Part shown: one piece after another, positions 1-13,560 of the stretch
How the letters are laid out: each line of letters starts with the position of its first letter
How positions within the stretch are numbered: the stretch's first letter is position 1
From: Squalus acanthias
Lineage: Eukaryota
Assembly (NCBI GenBank): GCA_030390025.1
Contig: CM059438.1
Coordinates: 60,576,001-60,640,000 of the forward strand
DNA length: 64,000 bases
Direction of reading: 5' to 3'
Position numbers and translations under genes: made by a program
Notes under the pieces: model-generated
Told to the model about the DNA's origin: nothing
Databases searched by the model: none
Seen by the model: only the letters and a program-made list of their open reading frames with translations

Positions 1-1258
1 AACACCAAGTAGTGCCCAACACCAAGTAGTGTCCAACAACAATTAGTTTCCAAATCCCAGGGGTGTTCAACACCAAGTAGTGTCCAACACCAAGTAGCGT
101 CCAACACCAAGTTATGTCCAACACCAAACACTGTACAACACCAAGTCGTTTCCAACTCCAAGGAGTGTTCAACACCAAGTAGTGTCCAACACCAAGTAGT
201 GTCCAACACCAAGTAGTGTCCAACACCAAGTAGTGTCCAACACCAAGTAGTGTGCAACACCAAGGAGTGTCCAACACCAAGTAGTTTCCAACTCCAAGTA
301 CTGTCCAAATCCAAGCAGTGTCCAACACCAAGTAGTTTCCATCTCCAAGGACTGTTCAACATCAAGTAGCGTCCAACACCAAGGAGTGTCCAACACCAAA
401 TAGTTTCCAAATCCCAGGAGTGTTCAACACCAAGTAGTGTCCAACACTCAGTTGTTTCCAACTCCAAGGAGTGTTCAACACCAAGTAGTGTCCAACACCA
501 AGTAGTGTCCAACTCCAAGTAGTGTCCAACACCAAGTAGTGTCCAACACCAAGTAGTGTGCAACACCAAGGAGTGTCCAACACCAAGTAGTGTCCAACAC
601 CAAGCAGTGCCCAACACCAGGTAGTGTCCAGCACCAGGTAGTGTCCAACACCAAGTAGTGTCCAATACCAAGTAGTGTCCAATACCAAGTAGTGTCTAAC
701 ACCAAGTAGTGTCTAACACCAAGTAGTGTACAACACCAAGGAGTGTCCAACACCAAGGAGTGTCAAACACCCAAGGAGTGTTCAACACCAAGTAGTGTTC
801 AACACCAAGGAGTGTTCAACACAAAGTAGTGTCCAACACCAAGTAGTGTGCAACACCAAGTAGTGTCCAACACCAAGGAGTTGCAACACCAAGTAGTTTC
901 CAATTCCAAGTAGTGTCCAACACCAAGTAGTGTCCAACACCAAGTAGTGTCCAACACCAAGGAGTGTCCAACACCAAGGAGTGTCCAACACCAAGGAGTG
1001 TCCAACACCAAGGAGTGTCCAACACCAAGGAGTGTCCAGCACCCAGGAGTGTCCAACACCAAGTAGTGTCCAACACCAAGTAGTGTCCAACACCAAGGGG
1101 AGCCAAACACCAAGGAGTGTCCAACACCAAGTAGTGTCCAACACCAAGTAGTGTCCAACACCAAGAAATGTCCAACACCAAGTAGTGTCCAACACCAAGC
1201 AGTGTCCAACACCAAGTAGTGTCCAACACCAAGTGGTATCCAACACCAAGTGGTATCC
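1..1258. repeat. Satellite subfamily 1, monomer AACACCAAGTAGTGTCC (8/17 GC), about 74 monomers
   Basis: Read directly. Frequent variant AACACCAAGGAGTGTCC. Differs from the main monomer at 3 of 17 positions (5, 6 and 14). Confidence 0.95.
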
Positions 1259-1880
1259 AACATGACGTACTATCTAACCTATAGTAGTCTCCAACATAAA
1301 GTAGTATCCAACATAAAAAATTATCCAACATAAAGTGGTATCCAACATAATGTAATATCCAACATAATGCAGCATCCAACACGTAGAAGTATCCAACATA
1401 ACTTCGTATCAAACATAAAGTAGTATCCAACACAAAGTAACATGGAAAATAAAGTTGTGTCCAACATGAAGCAGCATCCAACATAACTTCGTATCGAACA
1501 TAAAGTAGTATCCAACATAAATTCGCATCCAACATAACTTATTATCCAACATAAAGTAGTATCCATCATAAAGTAGTATCCAACATAATGTAGTTTCCAA
1601 CACGAAGTAGTATCCAACATCACTTCGTATCGAACAGAAAGTAATATCCACCATAAAATAGATTCCAACATAGCTTATTATCCAAAAGAATGTCGTATTC
1701 AACAAAAAGTAGTATCGAACATAAAGTAGTGTCCAACATAAATTAGCATCCAACATGACTTATTATCGCACATAAATTACTATCCAACATAAAGGAGTAT
1801 CCAGCTCAAAGTAGTATCCAACATAAAGTAGTATCCAAAATAAAGTAGTATCCAAAATAAAGTAGTCTCCAACCACAATT
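1259..1880. repeat. Diverged transition zone of subfamily 2 monomers
   Basis: The 17-bp phase is kept, but most monomers carry several substitutions (e.g. aacatgacgtactatct, aacctatagtagtctcc, aacatcacttcgtatcg). Right boundary approximate. Confidence 0.85.
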
Positions 1881-3229
1881 AGTATCTAACATAAAGTAGT
1901 TTCCAACATAAAGTAGTATCCAACCTCAATTAGTATCCAACATAAAGTAGTATCCAACATAAAGTAATATCCAACATAAAGTAGTATCCAACATAAAGTA
2001 GTTTCCAACATAAAGTAGTATCCAGCTGAAGGTAGTATCCAACATAAAGTACTATCCAATATAAAGTAGTTTCCAACATAAAGTAGTATCCAACTTAAAG
2101 TAGTGTCCAACATAAAGGAGTATTCAACATAAATTAGTATCCAACATAAAGTAGTATCCAACATAAATTAGTATCCAACATGAAGTAGTATCCAACATAA
2201 AGTAGTATCCAACATGAATTATTATCCAACATAAAGTAGTATCCAACATAAATTAGATCCAACATGAAGGAGTATCCAACATAAATTAGTATCCAACATG
2301 AAGTAGTATCCAACATAAAGTAGTATCCAACAAAAATTAGTATCCAACATGAAGTAGTATCCAACATAAAGTAGTATCCAACATAAATTAGTATCCAACA
2401 TGAAGTAGTATCCAACATAAAGTAGTATCCAACATAAAGTAGTATCCAACATAAATTAGTATCCAACATAAAGTAGTATCCAACATAAATTAGTATCCAA
2501 CATAAAGTAGTATCCAACATAAATTAGGATCCAACATAATATAGTATCGAACATAAATTAGTATCCAACATGAAGTAGCATCCAACATAAATTAGTATCC
2601 AACATGAAGTAGTATCCAACATAAAGTAGTATCCAACATAAATTAGTATACAACATAAAGTAGTATCCAACATAAATTAGTATCCAACATGAAGTAGTAT
2701 CCAACATAAATTAGTATCCAACATGAAGTAGTATCCAACATAATGTAGTATCCAACAAAAATTAGTATCCAACATGAAGTAGTAGCCAACATAAAGTAGT
2801 ATCCAACATAAATTAGTATCCAACATGAATTAGTATCCAACATAAAGTAGTATCCAACATAAAGTAGTATCCAACATAAAGTAGTATCCAACATAAAGTA
2901 GTATCCAACATAAAGTAGTATTCAACATAAATTAGTATCCAACATAAAGTAGTATCCAACATAAATTAGTATCCAACATAAAGTAGTATCCAACACAAAG
3001 TAGTATCCAACATGAAGTAGTATCCAACATAAAGTAGTATCCAACATAAAGTAGTATCCAACATAGATTAGTATCCAACAGAAAGTAGTATCCAACATAA
3101 ATTAGTATCCAACATAAAGTAGTATCCAACATAAATTAGTATCCAACATGAAGTAGTATCCAACATAAATTAGTATCCAACATGAAGTAGTATCCAACAT
3201 AAAGTAGTATCCAACATAAATTAGTATCC

Positions 3230-4790
3230 AACATGAAATAGTATCCAACATAAATTAGTATCCAACATGAAGTAGTATCCAACATAAAGTAGCATCAAAC
3301 ATAAAGTAGTATCCAACATAAATTAGTATCCAACATGAAGTAGTATCCAACATAAATTAGTATCCAACATAAAGTAGTATCCAACATAAATTAGTATCCA
3401 ACATAAAGTAGTATCCAACATAAATTAGTATCCAACATGAAGTAGTATCCAACATAAATTAGTATCCAACATGAAGTAGTATCCAACATAAAGTAGTATC
3501 CAACATAAATTAGTATCCAACATGAAGTAGTATCCAACATAAAGTAGTATCCAACATGAAGCAGTATCCAACATATAGTAGTATCCAACATAAATTAGTA
3601 TCCAACATAAAGTAGTATCCAACATAAAGTAGTATCCAACATAAATTAGTATCCAACATGAAGTAGTATCCAACATAAAGTACTATCCAACATAAATTAG
3701 TATCCAACATAAAGTAGTATCCAACATAAATTAGTATCCAACATGAAGTAGTATCCAACATAAAGTAGTATCCAACATAAATTAGTATCCAACATGGAGT
3801 AGTATCCAACATAAATTAGTATCCAACATGAAGTAGTATCCAACATAAAGTAGTATCCAACATAAAGTAGTATCCAACATAAATTAGTATCCAACATGAA
3901 GTAGTATCCAACATAAAGTAGTATCCAACATAAATTAGTATCCAACATGGAGTAGTATCCAACATAAATTAGTATCCAACATGAAGTAGTATCCAACATA
4001 AAGTAGTATCCAACACAAAGTAGTATCCAACACAAAGTGATTTCCACATAATGTAGTGTCCAACATCAAAGTAGTATCCAACATAAAGTAGTATCCAACA
4101 TAAATTAGAATCCAACATAAAGTAGTATCCAACATAAAGTAGAATCCAACATGAATTAGTATCGAACATAAATTAGAGTCCAACATAAAGTAGTATCCAA
4201 CATAAAGTAGAATCCAACATGAATTAGTATCGAACATAAATTAGAATCCAACATGAAGTAGTATCCAACATAAAGTAGTATCCAACATAAATTAGTATCC
4301 AACATGAAATAGTATCCAACATAAATTAGTATCCAACATAAAGTAGTATCCAACATAAATTAGTATCCAACATAAAGTAGTATCCAACATAAATTAGTAT
4401 CCAACATGAAGTAGTATCCAACATAAATTAGTATCCAACATGAAGTAGTATCCAACATAAAGTAGTATCCAACATAAATTAGTATCCAACATAAAGTAGT
4501 ATCCAACATAAAGTAGTATCCAACATGAAGCAGTATCCAACATATAGTAGTATCCAACATAAATTAGTATCCAACATAAAGTAGTATCCAACATAAAGTA
4601 GTATCCAACATAAATTAGTATCCAACATGAAGTAGTATCCAACATAAAGTACTATCCAACATAAATTAGTATCCAACATAAAGTAGTATCCAACATAAAT
4701 TAGTATCCAACATGAAGTAGTATCCAACATAAAGTAGTATCCAACATAAATTAGTATCCAACATGGAGTAGTATCCAACATAAATTAGTA
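3230..4790. repeat. Direct duplication at 969-bp offset (57 monomers)
   Basis: Near-identical ORF-track entries at 3391/4360, 3425/4394 and 3510/4479. Shared markers gaagcagtatccaacatatag, aagtactatcc and aacatggag. Ends approximate. Confidence 0.85.
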
Positions 4791-7079
4791 TCCAATATAA
4801 AGTAGTATCCATTATAAGATAGTATCCAAAACAAAGTAGGATCAAACACAAAGTGATTTCAACATAAAGTAGCATCCAACATAAATTAATATCCAACGTA
4901 AAGTAGTATCCAACACAAAGTAGTATCCAACACAAAGTGATTGCCACATAAAGTAGTGTCCAACATAAATTAGTATCCAACATAAATTAGTATCCAACAT
5001 AAATTAGTATCCAACATAAAGTAGTATCCAACATAAAATAGTATTCAACATAAAGTAGTATCCAACATAAAGTAGTATCCAAAACAAAGTATTATCCAAA
5101 ACAAAGTAGTATCCAACATAAATTAGTAACCAATATAAAGTAGTATCCAACATAAAGTAGTATCCAAAACAAAGTAGTATCCAACATAAATTAGTATCCA
5201 ACATAAAGTAGTATCCAACATAAATTAGTATCCAACATAAAATAGCATCCAACATAAAGTAGTATCCAACATAAAGTAGCATCCAAAACAAAGTAGTATC
5301 CAACATAAATTAGTATCCAACATAAAGTAGTATCCAATATAAATTAGTAACCAATATAAAGTAGTATCCAACATAAAGTAGTATCCAACATAAAGTAGTA
5401 TCTAACATAAATTAGTATCCAACATAAAGTAGCATCCAACATAAAGTAGTAGCCAACATAAATTAGTATCCAACAAAAAGTAGAATCCAATATAAATTAG
5501 TAACCAATATAAAATAGTATCCAACATAAAGTAGTATCCAACACGAAGTGGTAGACAACACAAAGTGATTTCCACATAAAGTAGTATCCAACATAAAGTA
5601 GTATCCAAAATAAATTAGTATCCAACGTAAAGTAGTATCGTACACGAAGTGAGTTCCACATAATGTAGTGTCCATCATAAATTAGTTTCCAACATAAAGT
5701 AGTATCCAACATAAAGTAGTTTCCAACATACAGTAGCATCCAGCTCAAAGTAGTATCCAACATACAGTAGTATCCATCATAAAGTAGTATCCAACATAAT
5801 GTAGTTTCCAACATGAAGTAGTATCCAACATCACTTCATATCGAACATAAAGTAATATCCAACATAAAAGAGAATCCAACATAGCTTATTATCCAAAATA
5901 ATGTCGTATCCAACAAAAAGTAGTATCGAACATAATGTAGCATCCAACATGAAGTAATAGCCAACATAACTTTGTATCGAACATAAAGTAGTATCCAACA
6001 TAAAGTAGTATCCAAAACAAAGTAGTATCCAACATAAAGTAGTATCCAACATAAAGTAGTATCCAACATAAAGTAGTATCCAACACAAAGTAGTATCCAA
6101 CTTAAAGTAGTATCCAACATAAAGTAGTATCCAATATAAAGTAGTATCCAACATGAAGTAGTATCCAACATAAATTAGAATCCAACATAAAGTAGTATCC
6201 AACATAAAGTGGTATTCAACATAAAGTAGTATCCAACATAAATTACTATCCAACATAAAGTAGTATCCAATATAAAGTAGTATCCAAAATAAATTAGTAT
6301 CCAACATAAAGTAGTATCCAATATAAAGTAGTATCCAACATGTATTAGTATCCAACATAAATTAGTATCCAACATAAATTAGTATCCAACATAAAGTAGT
6401 ATCCAACATAAAGTAGTATCCAACATAAATTAGTATCCAACACAAAGTAGTATCCAACAAAAAGTGATTTCCACATAATGTAGTGTCCAACATAAAGTAG
6501 TATCCAACATAAATTAGTATCCAACATGAAGTAGTATCCAACATAAATTAGTATCCAACACAAAGTAGTATCCAACATAAATTAGTATCCAACATAAGTT
6601 AGTATCCAACATAAATTAGTATCCAACATGAAGTAGTATCCAACATGAAGTAGTATCCAACATAAAGCAGTATCCAACATAAAGTAGTATCCAACATAAA
6701 TTAGTTTCCAACTCAAAGCAGTATCCAACACAAAGTGATTTCCACATAATGTAGTGTCCAACATAAAGTAGTATCCAACATTAATTAGAATCCAACATAA
6801 AGTAGAATCCAACATAAATTAGTATCCAACATAAATTAGTATCCAACATAAAGTAGTATCCAAAACGAAGTAGTATCCAACATAAATTAGTATCCAACAT
6901 AAAGTAGCATCCAACATAAATTAGTATCCAACATAAAGTAGTATCCAACATAAAGTAGTATCCAACATAAAGTAGTATCCAACATAAAGTAGTATCCAAA
7001 ACAAAGTAGTATCCAACATAAATTAGTATCCAACATAAAGTAGTATCCAATATAAATTAGTAACCAATATAAAGTAGTA

Positions 7080-10000
7080 TCCAACATAAAGTAGTATCCA
7101 AAACAAAGTAATATCCAACATAAATTAGTATCCAACATAAAGTAGTATCCAATATAAATTAGTAACCAATATAAAGTAGTATCCAACATAAAGTAGTATC
7201 CAACACGAAGTGGTAGACAACACAAAGTGATTTCCACATAAAGTAGTATCCAACATATAGTAGTATCCAACATAAAGTAGTATCCAACACAAATTAGTAT
7301 CCAACATAAAGTAGTATCCAACATAAATTAGTTTCCAACACAAAGTAGTATCCAACACAAAGTGATTTCCACATAATGTAGTGTCCAACATAAAGTAGTA
7401 TCCAACATAAATTAGTATCCAACATAAATTAGTATCCAACATAAATTAGTATCCAACATAAATTAGTATCCAACATAAAGTAGTATCCAACATAAATTAG
7501 TATCCAACATAAATTAGTATGCAACATAAAGTAGTATCCAACATAAATTAGTATCCAACATAAATTAGTATCCAACATGAAGTAGTATCCAACATAAATT
7601 AGTATCCAACATGAAGTAGTATCCAACATAAATTAGTATCCAACATAAAGTAGTATCCAACATAAAGTAGTATCCAACATAAATTAGTTTCCAACGCAAA
7701 GTAGTATCCAACACAAAGTGATTTCCACATAATGTAGTGTCCAACATAAAGTAGTATCCAACATAAATTAGAATCCAACATAAAGTAGAATCCAACATAA
7801 ATTGGTATCCAACATAAAGTAGTTACCAAAATGAGGTAGTATCCAACATAAATTAGTATCCAACATAAATTAGCATCCAACATAAATTAGTATCCAATAT
7901 AAAGCAGTATCCAACACAAAGTAGAATTCAACACAAAGTGATTTCCACATAAAGTAGTATCCAACATAAATTAGTATCCAACATAAAGTAGCATCCAACA
8001 TAAAGAAGAATCCAACATAAATTAGTATCCAACATAAAGTAGTATCCAAAACAAAGTAGTATCCAACATAAATAAGTATCCACCATAAAGTATAATCCAA
8101 CATAAATTAGTAACCAATATAAAGTAGTATCCAACATAAAGTAGTATCCAACACGAAGTAGTATACAGCACAAAATGATTTCCATATAAAGTAGTATCCA
8201 ACATAAATGGTATCCAACATAAATTAGTATCCAACATAAAGTAGTATCCTGCACAAAGTGAGTTCCACATAAAGTAGTATCCAACATAAAGTAGTATCCA
8301 ACATAAATTGGTATCCAACGTAAAGTAGTATCCTGCACAAAATGATTTCCACATAAAATAGTATTCAACATAAATTAGTATCCAACATAAATTAGTATCC
8401 AACATAAATTAGTATCCAACATGAAGTAGTATCCAACATGAAGTAGTATCCAACAGAAAGTAGTATCCAACAGAAAGTAGTATCCAACTTAAAGTAGTAT
8501 CCAACTTAAAGTAGTATCCAATATAAAGTAGCATCCAATATAAAGTAGTATCCAACATAAAATAGCATCCAAAATAAAGTAGTATCCAACATGAAGTAGT
8601 ATCCAACATAAAGTAGTATCCAAAATAAAGTAGTATCCAACATAAAGTAGTATCAACATAAAGTAGTATCCAACTTAAAGTAGTATCCAACATAAAGTAG
8701 TATCCAATATATAGTAGTATCCAAAATAAAGTAGTATCCAACATAAAGTGGTATCCAAATTAAATTAGTATCCAACATGAAGTAGTATCCAACATAAAGT
8801 AATATCCAACATAAATTAGTATCCAACATGAAGTAGTATCCAACATAAAGTAGTATCCAACATAAAGTAGTATCCAACATAAATTAGTATCCAACATAAA
8901 GTAGTATCCAACATAAATTAGGATCCAACATAAATTAGTATCGAACATAAATTAGTATCCAACATGAAGTAGCATCCAACATAAATTAGTATCCAACATG
9001 AAGTAGTATCCAACATAAAGTAGTATCCAACATAAATTAGTATGCAACATAAAGTAGTATCCAACATAAATTAGTATCCAACATGAAGTAGTATCCAACA
9101 TAAATTAGTATCCAACATGAAGTAGTATCCAACATAATGTAGTATCCAACAAAAATTAGTATCCAACATGAAGTAGTAGCCAACATAAAGTAGTATCCAA
9201 CATAAATTAGTATCCAACATAAAGTAGTATCCAACATAAATTAGTATCCAACATAAAGTAGTATCCAACATAAAGTAGTATCCAACATAAAGTAGTATCC
9301 AACATAAAGTAGTATCCAACATAAAGTAGTATTCATCATAAATTAGTATCCAACATAAAGTAGTATCCAACATAAATTAGTATCCAACATGAAGTAGTAT
9401 CCAACATAAATTAGTATCCAACATGAAGTAGTATCCAACATAAAGTAGTATCCAACATAAAGTAGTATCCAACATAAAGTAGTATCCAACATAAATTAGT
9501 ATCCAACATAAAGTAGTATCCAACATAAATTAGTATCCAACATAAAGTAGTATCCAACATAAATTAGTATCCAACATAAAGTAGTATCCAACATAAATTA
9601 GTATCCAACATGAAGTAGTATCCAACATAAATTAGTATCCAACATGAAGTAGTATCCAACATAAAGTAGTATCCAACATAAATTAGTATCCAACATGAAA
9701 TAGTATCCAACATAAATTAGTATCCAACATGAAGTAGTATCCAACATAAAGTAGCATCAAACATAAAGTAGTATCCAACATAAATTAGTATCCAACATGA
9801 AGTAGTATCCAACATAAATTAGTATCCAACATAAAGTAGTATCCAACATAAATTAGTATCCAACATAAAGTAGTATCCAACATAAATTAGTATCCAACAT
9901 GAAGTAGTATCCAACATAAATTAGTATCCAACATGAAGTAGTATTCAACATAAAGTAGTATCCAACATAAATTAGTATCCAACATGAAGTAGTATCCAAC

Positions 10001-13000
10001 ATAAATTAGTATCCAACATGAAGTACTATCCAACATAAAGTAGTATCCAACATAAAGTAGTATCCAACATAAATTAGTTTCCAACACAAAGTAGTATCCA
10101 ACACAAAGTGATTTCCACATAATGTAGTGTCCAACATCAAAGTAGTATCCAACATAAAGTAGTATCCAACATGAAGTAGTATCCAACATGAAGTAGTATC
10201 CAACATGAAGTAGTATCCAACATAAAGTAGTATCCAACATAAAGTAGTATCCAACATGAAGCAGTATCCAACATAAATTAGTATCCAACATAAAGTAGTA
10301 TCCAACATAAAGTAATATCCAACATAAAGTAGTATCCAACATAAAGTAGTTTCCAACATAAAGTAGTATCCAGCTGAAGGTAGTATCCAACATAAAGTAC
10401 TATCCAATATAAAGTAGTTTCCAACATAAAGTAGTATCCAACTTAAAGTAGTGTCCAACATAAAGGAGTATTCAACATAAATTAGTATCCAACATAAAGT
10501 AGTATCCAACATAAATTAGTATCCAACATGAAGTAGTATCCAACATAAAGTAGTATCCAACATGAATTATTATCCAACATAAAGTAGTATCCAACATAAA
10601 TTAGATCCAACATGAAGGAGTATCCAAAATAATGTAGTATCCAACATAAAGTAGTATCAACATAAAGTAGTATCCAACTTAAAGTAGTATCCAACATAAA
10701 GTAGTATCCAACATATAGTAGTATCCAAAATAAATTAGTATCCAACATGAAGTAGTATCCAACATAAATTAGTATCCAACATGAAGTAGTATCCAACATA
10801 AAGTAATATCCAACATAAATTAGTATCCAACATGAAATAGTATCCAACATAAATTAGTATCCAACATGAAGTAGTATCCAACATAAAGTAGCATCAAACA
10901 TAAAGTAGTATCCAACATAAATTAGTATCCAACATGAAGTAGTATCCAACATAAATTAGTATCCAACATAAAGTAGTATCCAACATAAATTAGTATCCAA
11001 CATAAAGTAGTATCCAACATAAAGTAGTATCCAACATAAAGTAGTATCCAACATAAAGTAGTATCCAACATAAATTAGTATCCAACATAAAGTAGTATCC
11101 AACATAAATTAGTATCCAACATAAAGTAGTATCCAACATAAATTAGTATCCAACATAAAGTAGTATCCAAAACAAAGTAATATCCAACATAAATTAGTAT
11201 CCAACATAAAGTAGTATCCAATATAAATTAGTAACCAATATAAAGTAGTATCCAACATAAAGTAGTATCCAACACGAAGTGGTAGACAACACAAAGTGAT
11301 TTCCACATAAAGTAGTATCCAACATATAGTAGTATCCAACATAAAGTAGTATCCAACACAAATTAGTATCCAACATAAAGTAGTATCCAACATAAATTAG
11401 TTTCCAACACAAAGTAGTATCCAACACAAAGTGATTTCCACATAATGTAGTGTCCAACATAAAGTAGTATCCAACATAAATTAGTATCCAACATAAATTA
11501 GTATCCAACATAAATTAGTATCCAACATAAATTAGTATCCAACATAAATTAGTATCCAACATAAATTAGTATCCAACATAAATTAGTATGCAACATAAAG
11601 TAGTATCCAACATAAATTAGTATCCAACATAAATTAGTATCCAACATGAAGTAGTATCCAACATAAATTAGTATCCAACATGAAGTAGTATCCAACATAA
11701 ATTAGTATCCAACATAAAGTAGTATCCAACATAAAGTAGTATCCAACATAAATTAGTTTCCAACGCAAAGTAGTATCCAACACAAAGTGATTTCCACATA
11801 ATGTAGTGTCCAACATAAAGTAGTATCCAACATAAATTAGAATCCAACATAAAGTAGAATCCAACATAAATTGGTATCCAACATAAAGTAGTTACCAAAA
11901 TGAGGTAGTATCCAACATAAATTAGTATCCAACATAAATTAGCATCCAACATAAATTAGTATCCAATATAAAGCAGTATCCAACACAAAGTAGAATTCAA
12001 CACAAAGTGATTTCCACATAAAGTAGTATCCAACATAAATTAGTATCCAACATAAAGTAGCATCCAACATAAAGAAGAATCCAACATAAATTAGTATCCA
12101 ACATAAAGTAGTATCCAAAACAAAGTAGTATCCAACATAAATAAGTATCCACCATAAAGTATAATCCAACATAAATTAGTAACCAATATAAAGTAGTATC
12201 CAACATAAAGTAGTATCCAACACGAAGTAGTATACAGCACAAAATGATTTCCATATAAAGTAGTATCCAACATAAATGGTATCCAACATAAATTAGTATC
12301 AACTAAAGTAGTATCCTGCACAAAGTGAGTACCACATAAAGTAGTATCCAACATAAAGTAGTATCCAACATAAATTGGTATCCAACGTAAAGTAGTATCC
12401 TGCACAAAATGATTTCCACATAAAAATAGTATCCAACATAAATTGTATCCAACATAAATTAGTATCCAACATAAATTAGTATCCAACATGAAGTAGTATC
12501 CAACATGAAGTAGTATCAACAGAAAGTAGTATCCAACAGAAAGTAGTATCCAACTTAAAGTAGTATCCAATATAAAGTAGTATCCAATATAAAAGTAGTA
12601 TCCAACATAAAGTAGTATCCAACATAAAGTAGTATCCAACATAAGTAGTATCCAACATAAAGTAGTATCCAAATAAAGTAGTATCCAATATAAAGTAGTA
12701 TCAACATCAAGTAGTATCAACTAAAGTGTATCCAAATAAAGTAGTATCCAACATAAAGTAGTATCCAAAATAAAGTAGTATCCATCATAAAGTAGTATCC
12801 AACATAAAGTAGTATCCAACATAAAGTAGTATCCAACATAAAGTAGTATCCAACATAAATTAGTATCCAACATGAAGTAGTATCCAACATAAAGTAGTAT
12901 CCAACATAAAGTAGTATCCAACATAAATTAGTATCCAACATAAAGTAGTATCCAACATAAATTAGGATCCAACATAAATTAGTATCGAACATAAATTAGT

Positions 13001-13560
13001 ATCCAACATGAAGTAGCATCCAACATAAATTAGTATCCAACATGAAGTAGTATCCAACATAAAGTAGTATCCAACATAAATTAGTATGCAACATAAAGTA
13101 GTATCCAACATAAATTAGTATCCAACATGAAGTAGTATCCAACATAAATTAGTATCCAACATGAAGTAGTATCCAACATAATGTAGTATCCAACAAAAAT
13201 TAGTATCCAACATGAAGTAGTAGCCAACATAAAGTAGTATCCAACATAAATTAGTATCCAACATAAAGTAGTATCCAACATAAAGTAGTATCCAACATAA
13301 AGTAGTATCCAACATAAAGTAGTATCCAACATAAAGTAGTATCCAACATAAAGTAGTATCCAACATAAAGTAGTATTCATCATAAATTAGTATCCAACAT
13401 AAAGTAGTATCCAACATAAATTAGTATCCAACATGAAGTAGTATCCAACATAAATTAGTATCCAACATGAAGTAGTATCCAACATAAAGTAGTATCCAAC
13501 ATAAAGTAGTATCCAACATAAAGTAGTATCCAACATAAATTAGTATCCAACATAAAGTAG
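7080..13560. repeat. Higher-order duplication at ~4.07 kb offset (4069 bp, drifting to 4044 bp after an indel-rich patch)
   Basis: Marker gttaccaaaatgagg at 7822 and 11891. Matching ORF-track entries at 7565/11634, 7870/11939 and 9037/13081. Confidence 0.85.

Noticed and set aside
1..1258. Telomerase-type repeat: the minus strand GGACACTACTTGGTGTT loosely resembles long yeast telomere units such as Candida albicans ACGGATGTCTAACTTCTTGGTGT, with the C/A-rich strand on + at the left edge
   Set aside because: The similarity is limited to short words (CTTGGTGT, GGA). The monomers are heterogeneous rather than template-uniform and grade into a >60 kb satellite with higher-order repeats. Nothing shows that the window start is a chromosome end.
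1398..1495. ATAACTTCGTAT at 1398-1409 and 1483-1494 matches 12 of 13 bases of a loxP arm (ATAACTTCGTATA)
   Set aside because: Both copies are in direct orientation, 85 bp (5 monomers) apart, with no inverted arm across an 8-bp spacer. The match is two substitutions from the AACATAAATTAGTATCC monomer, so it is coincidental.
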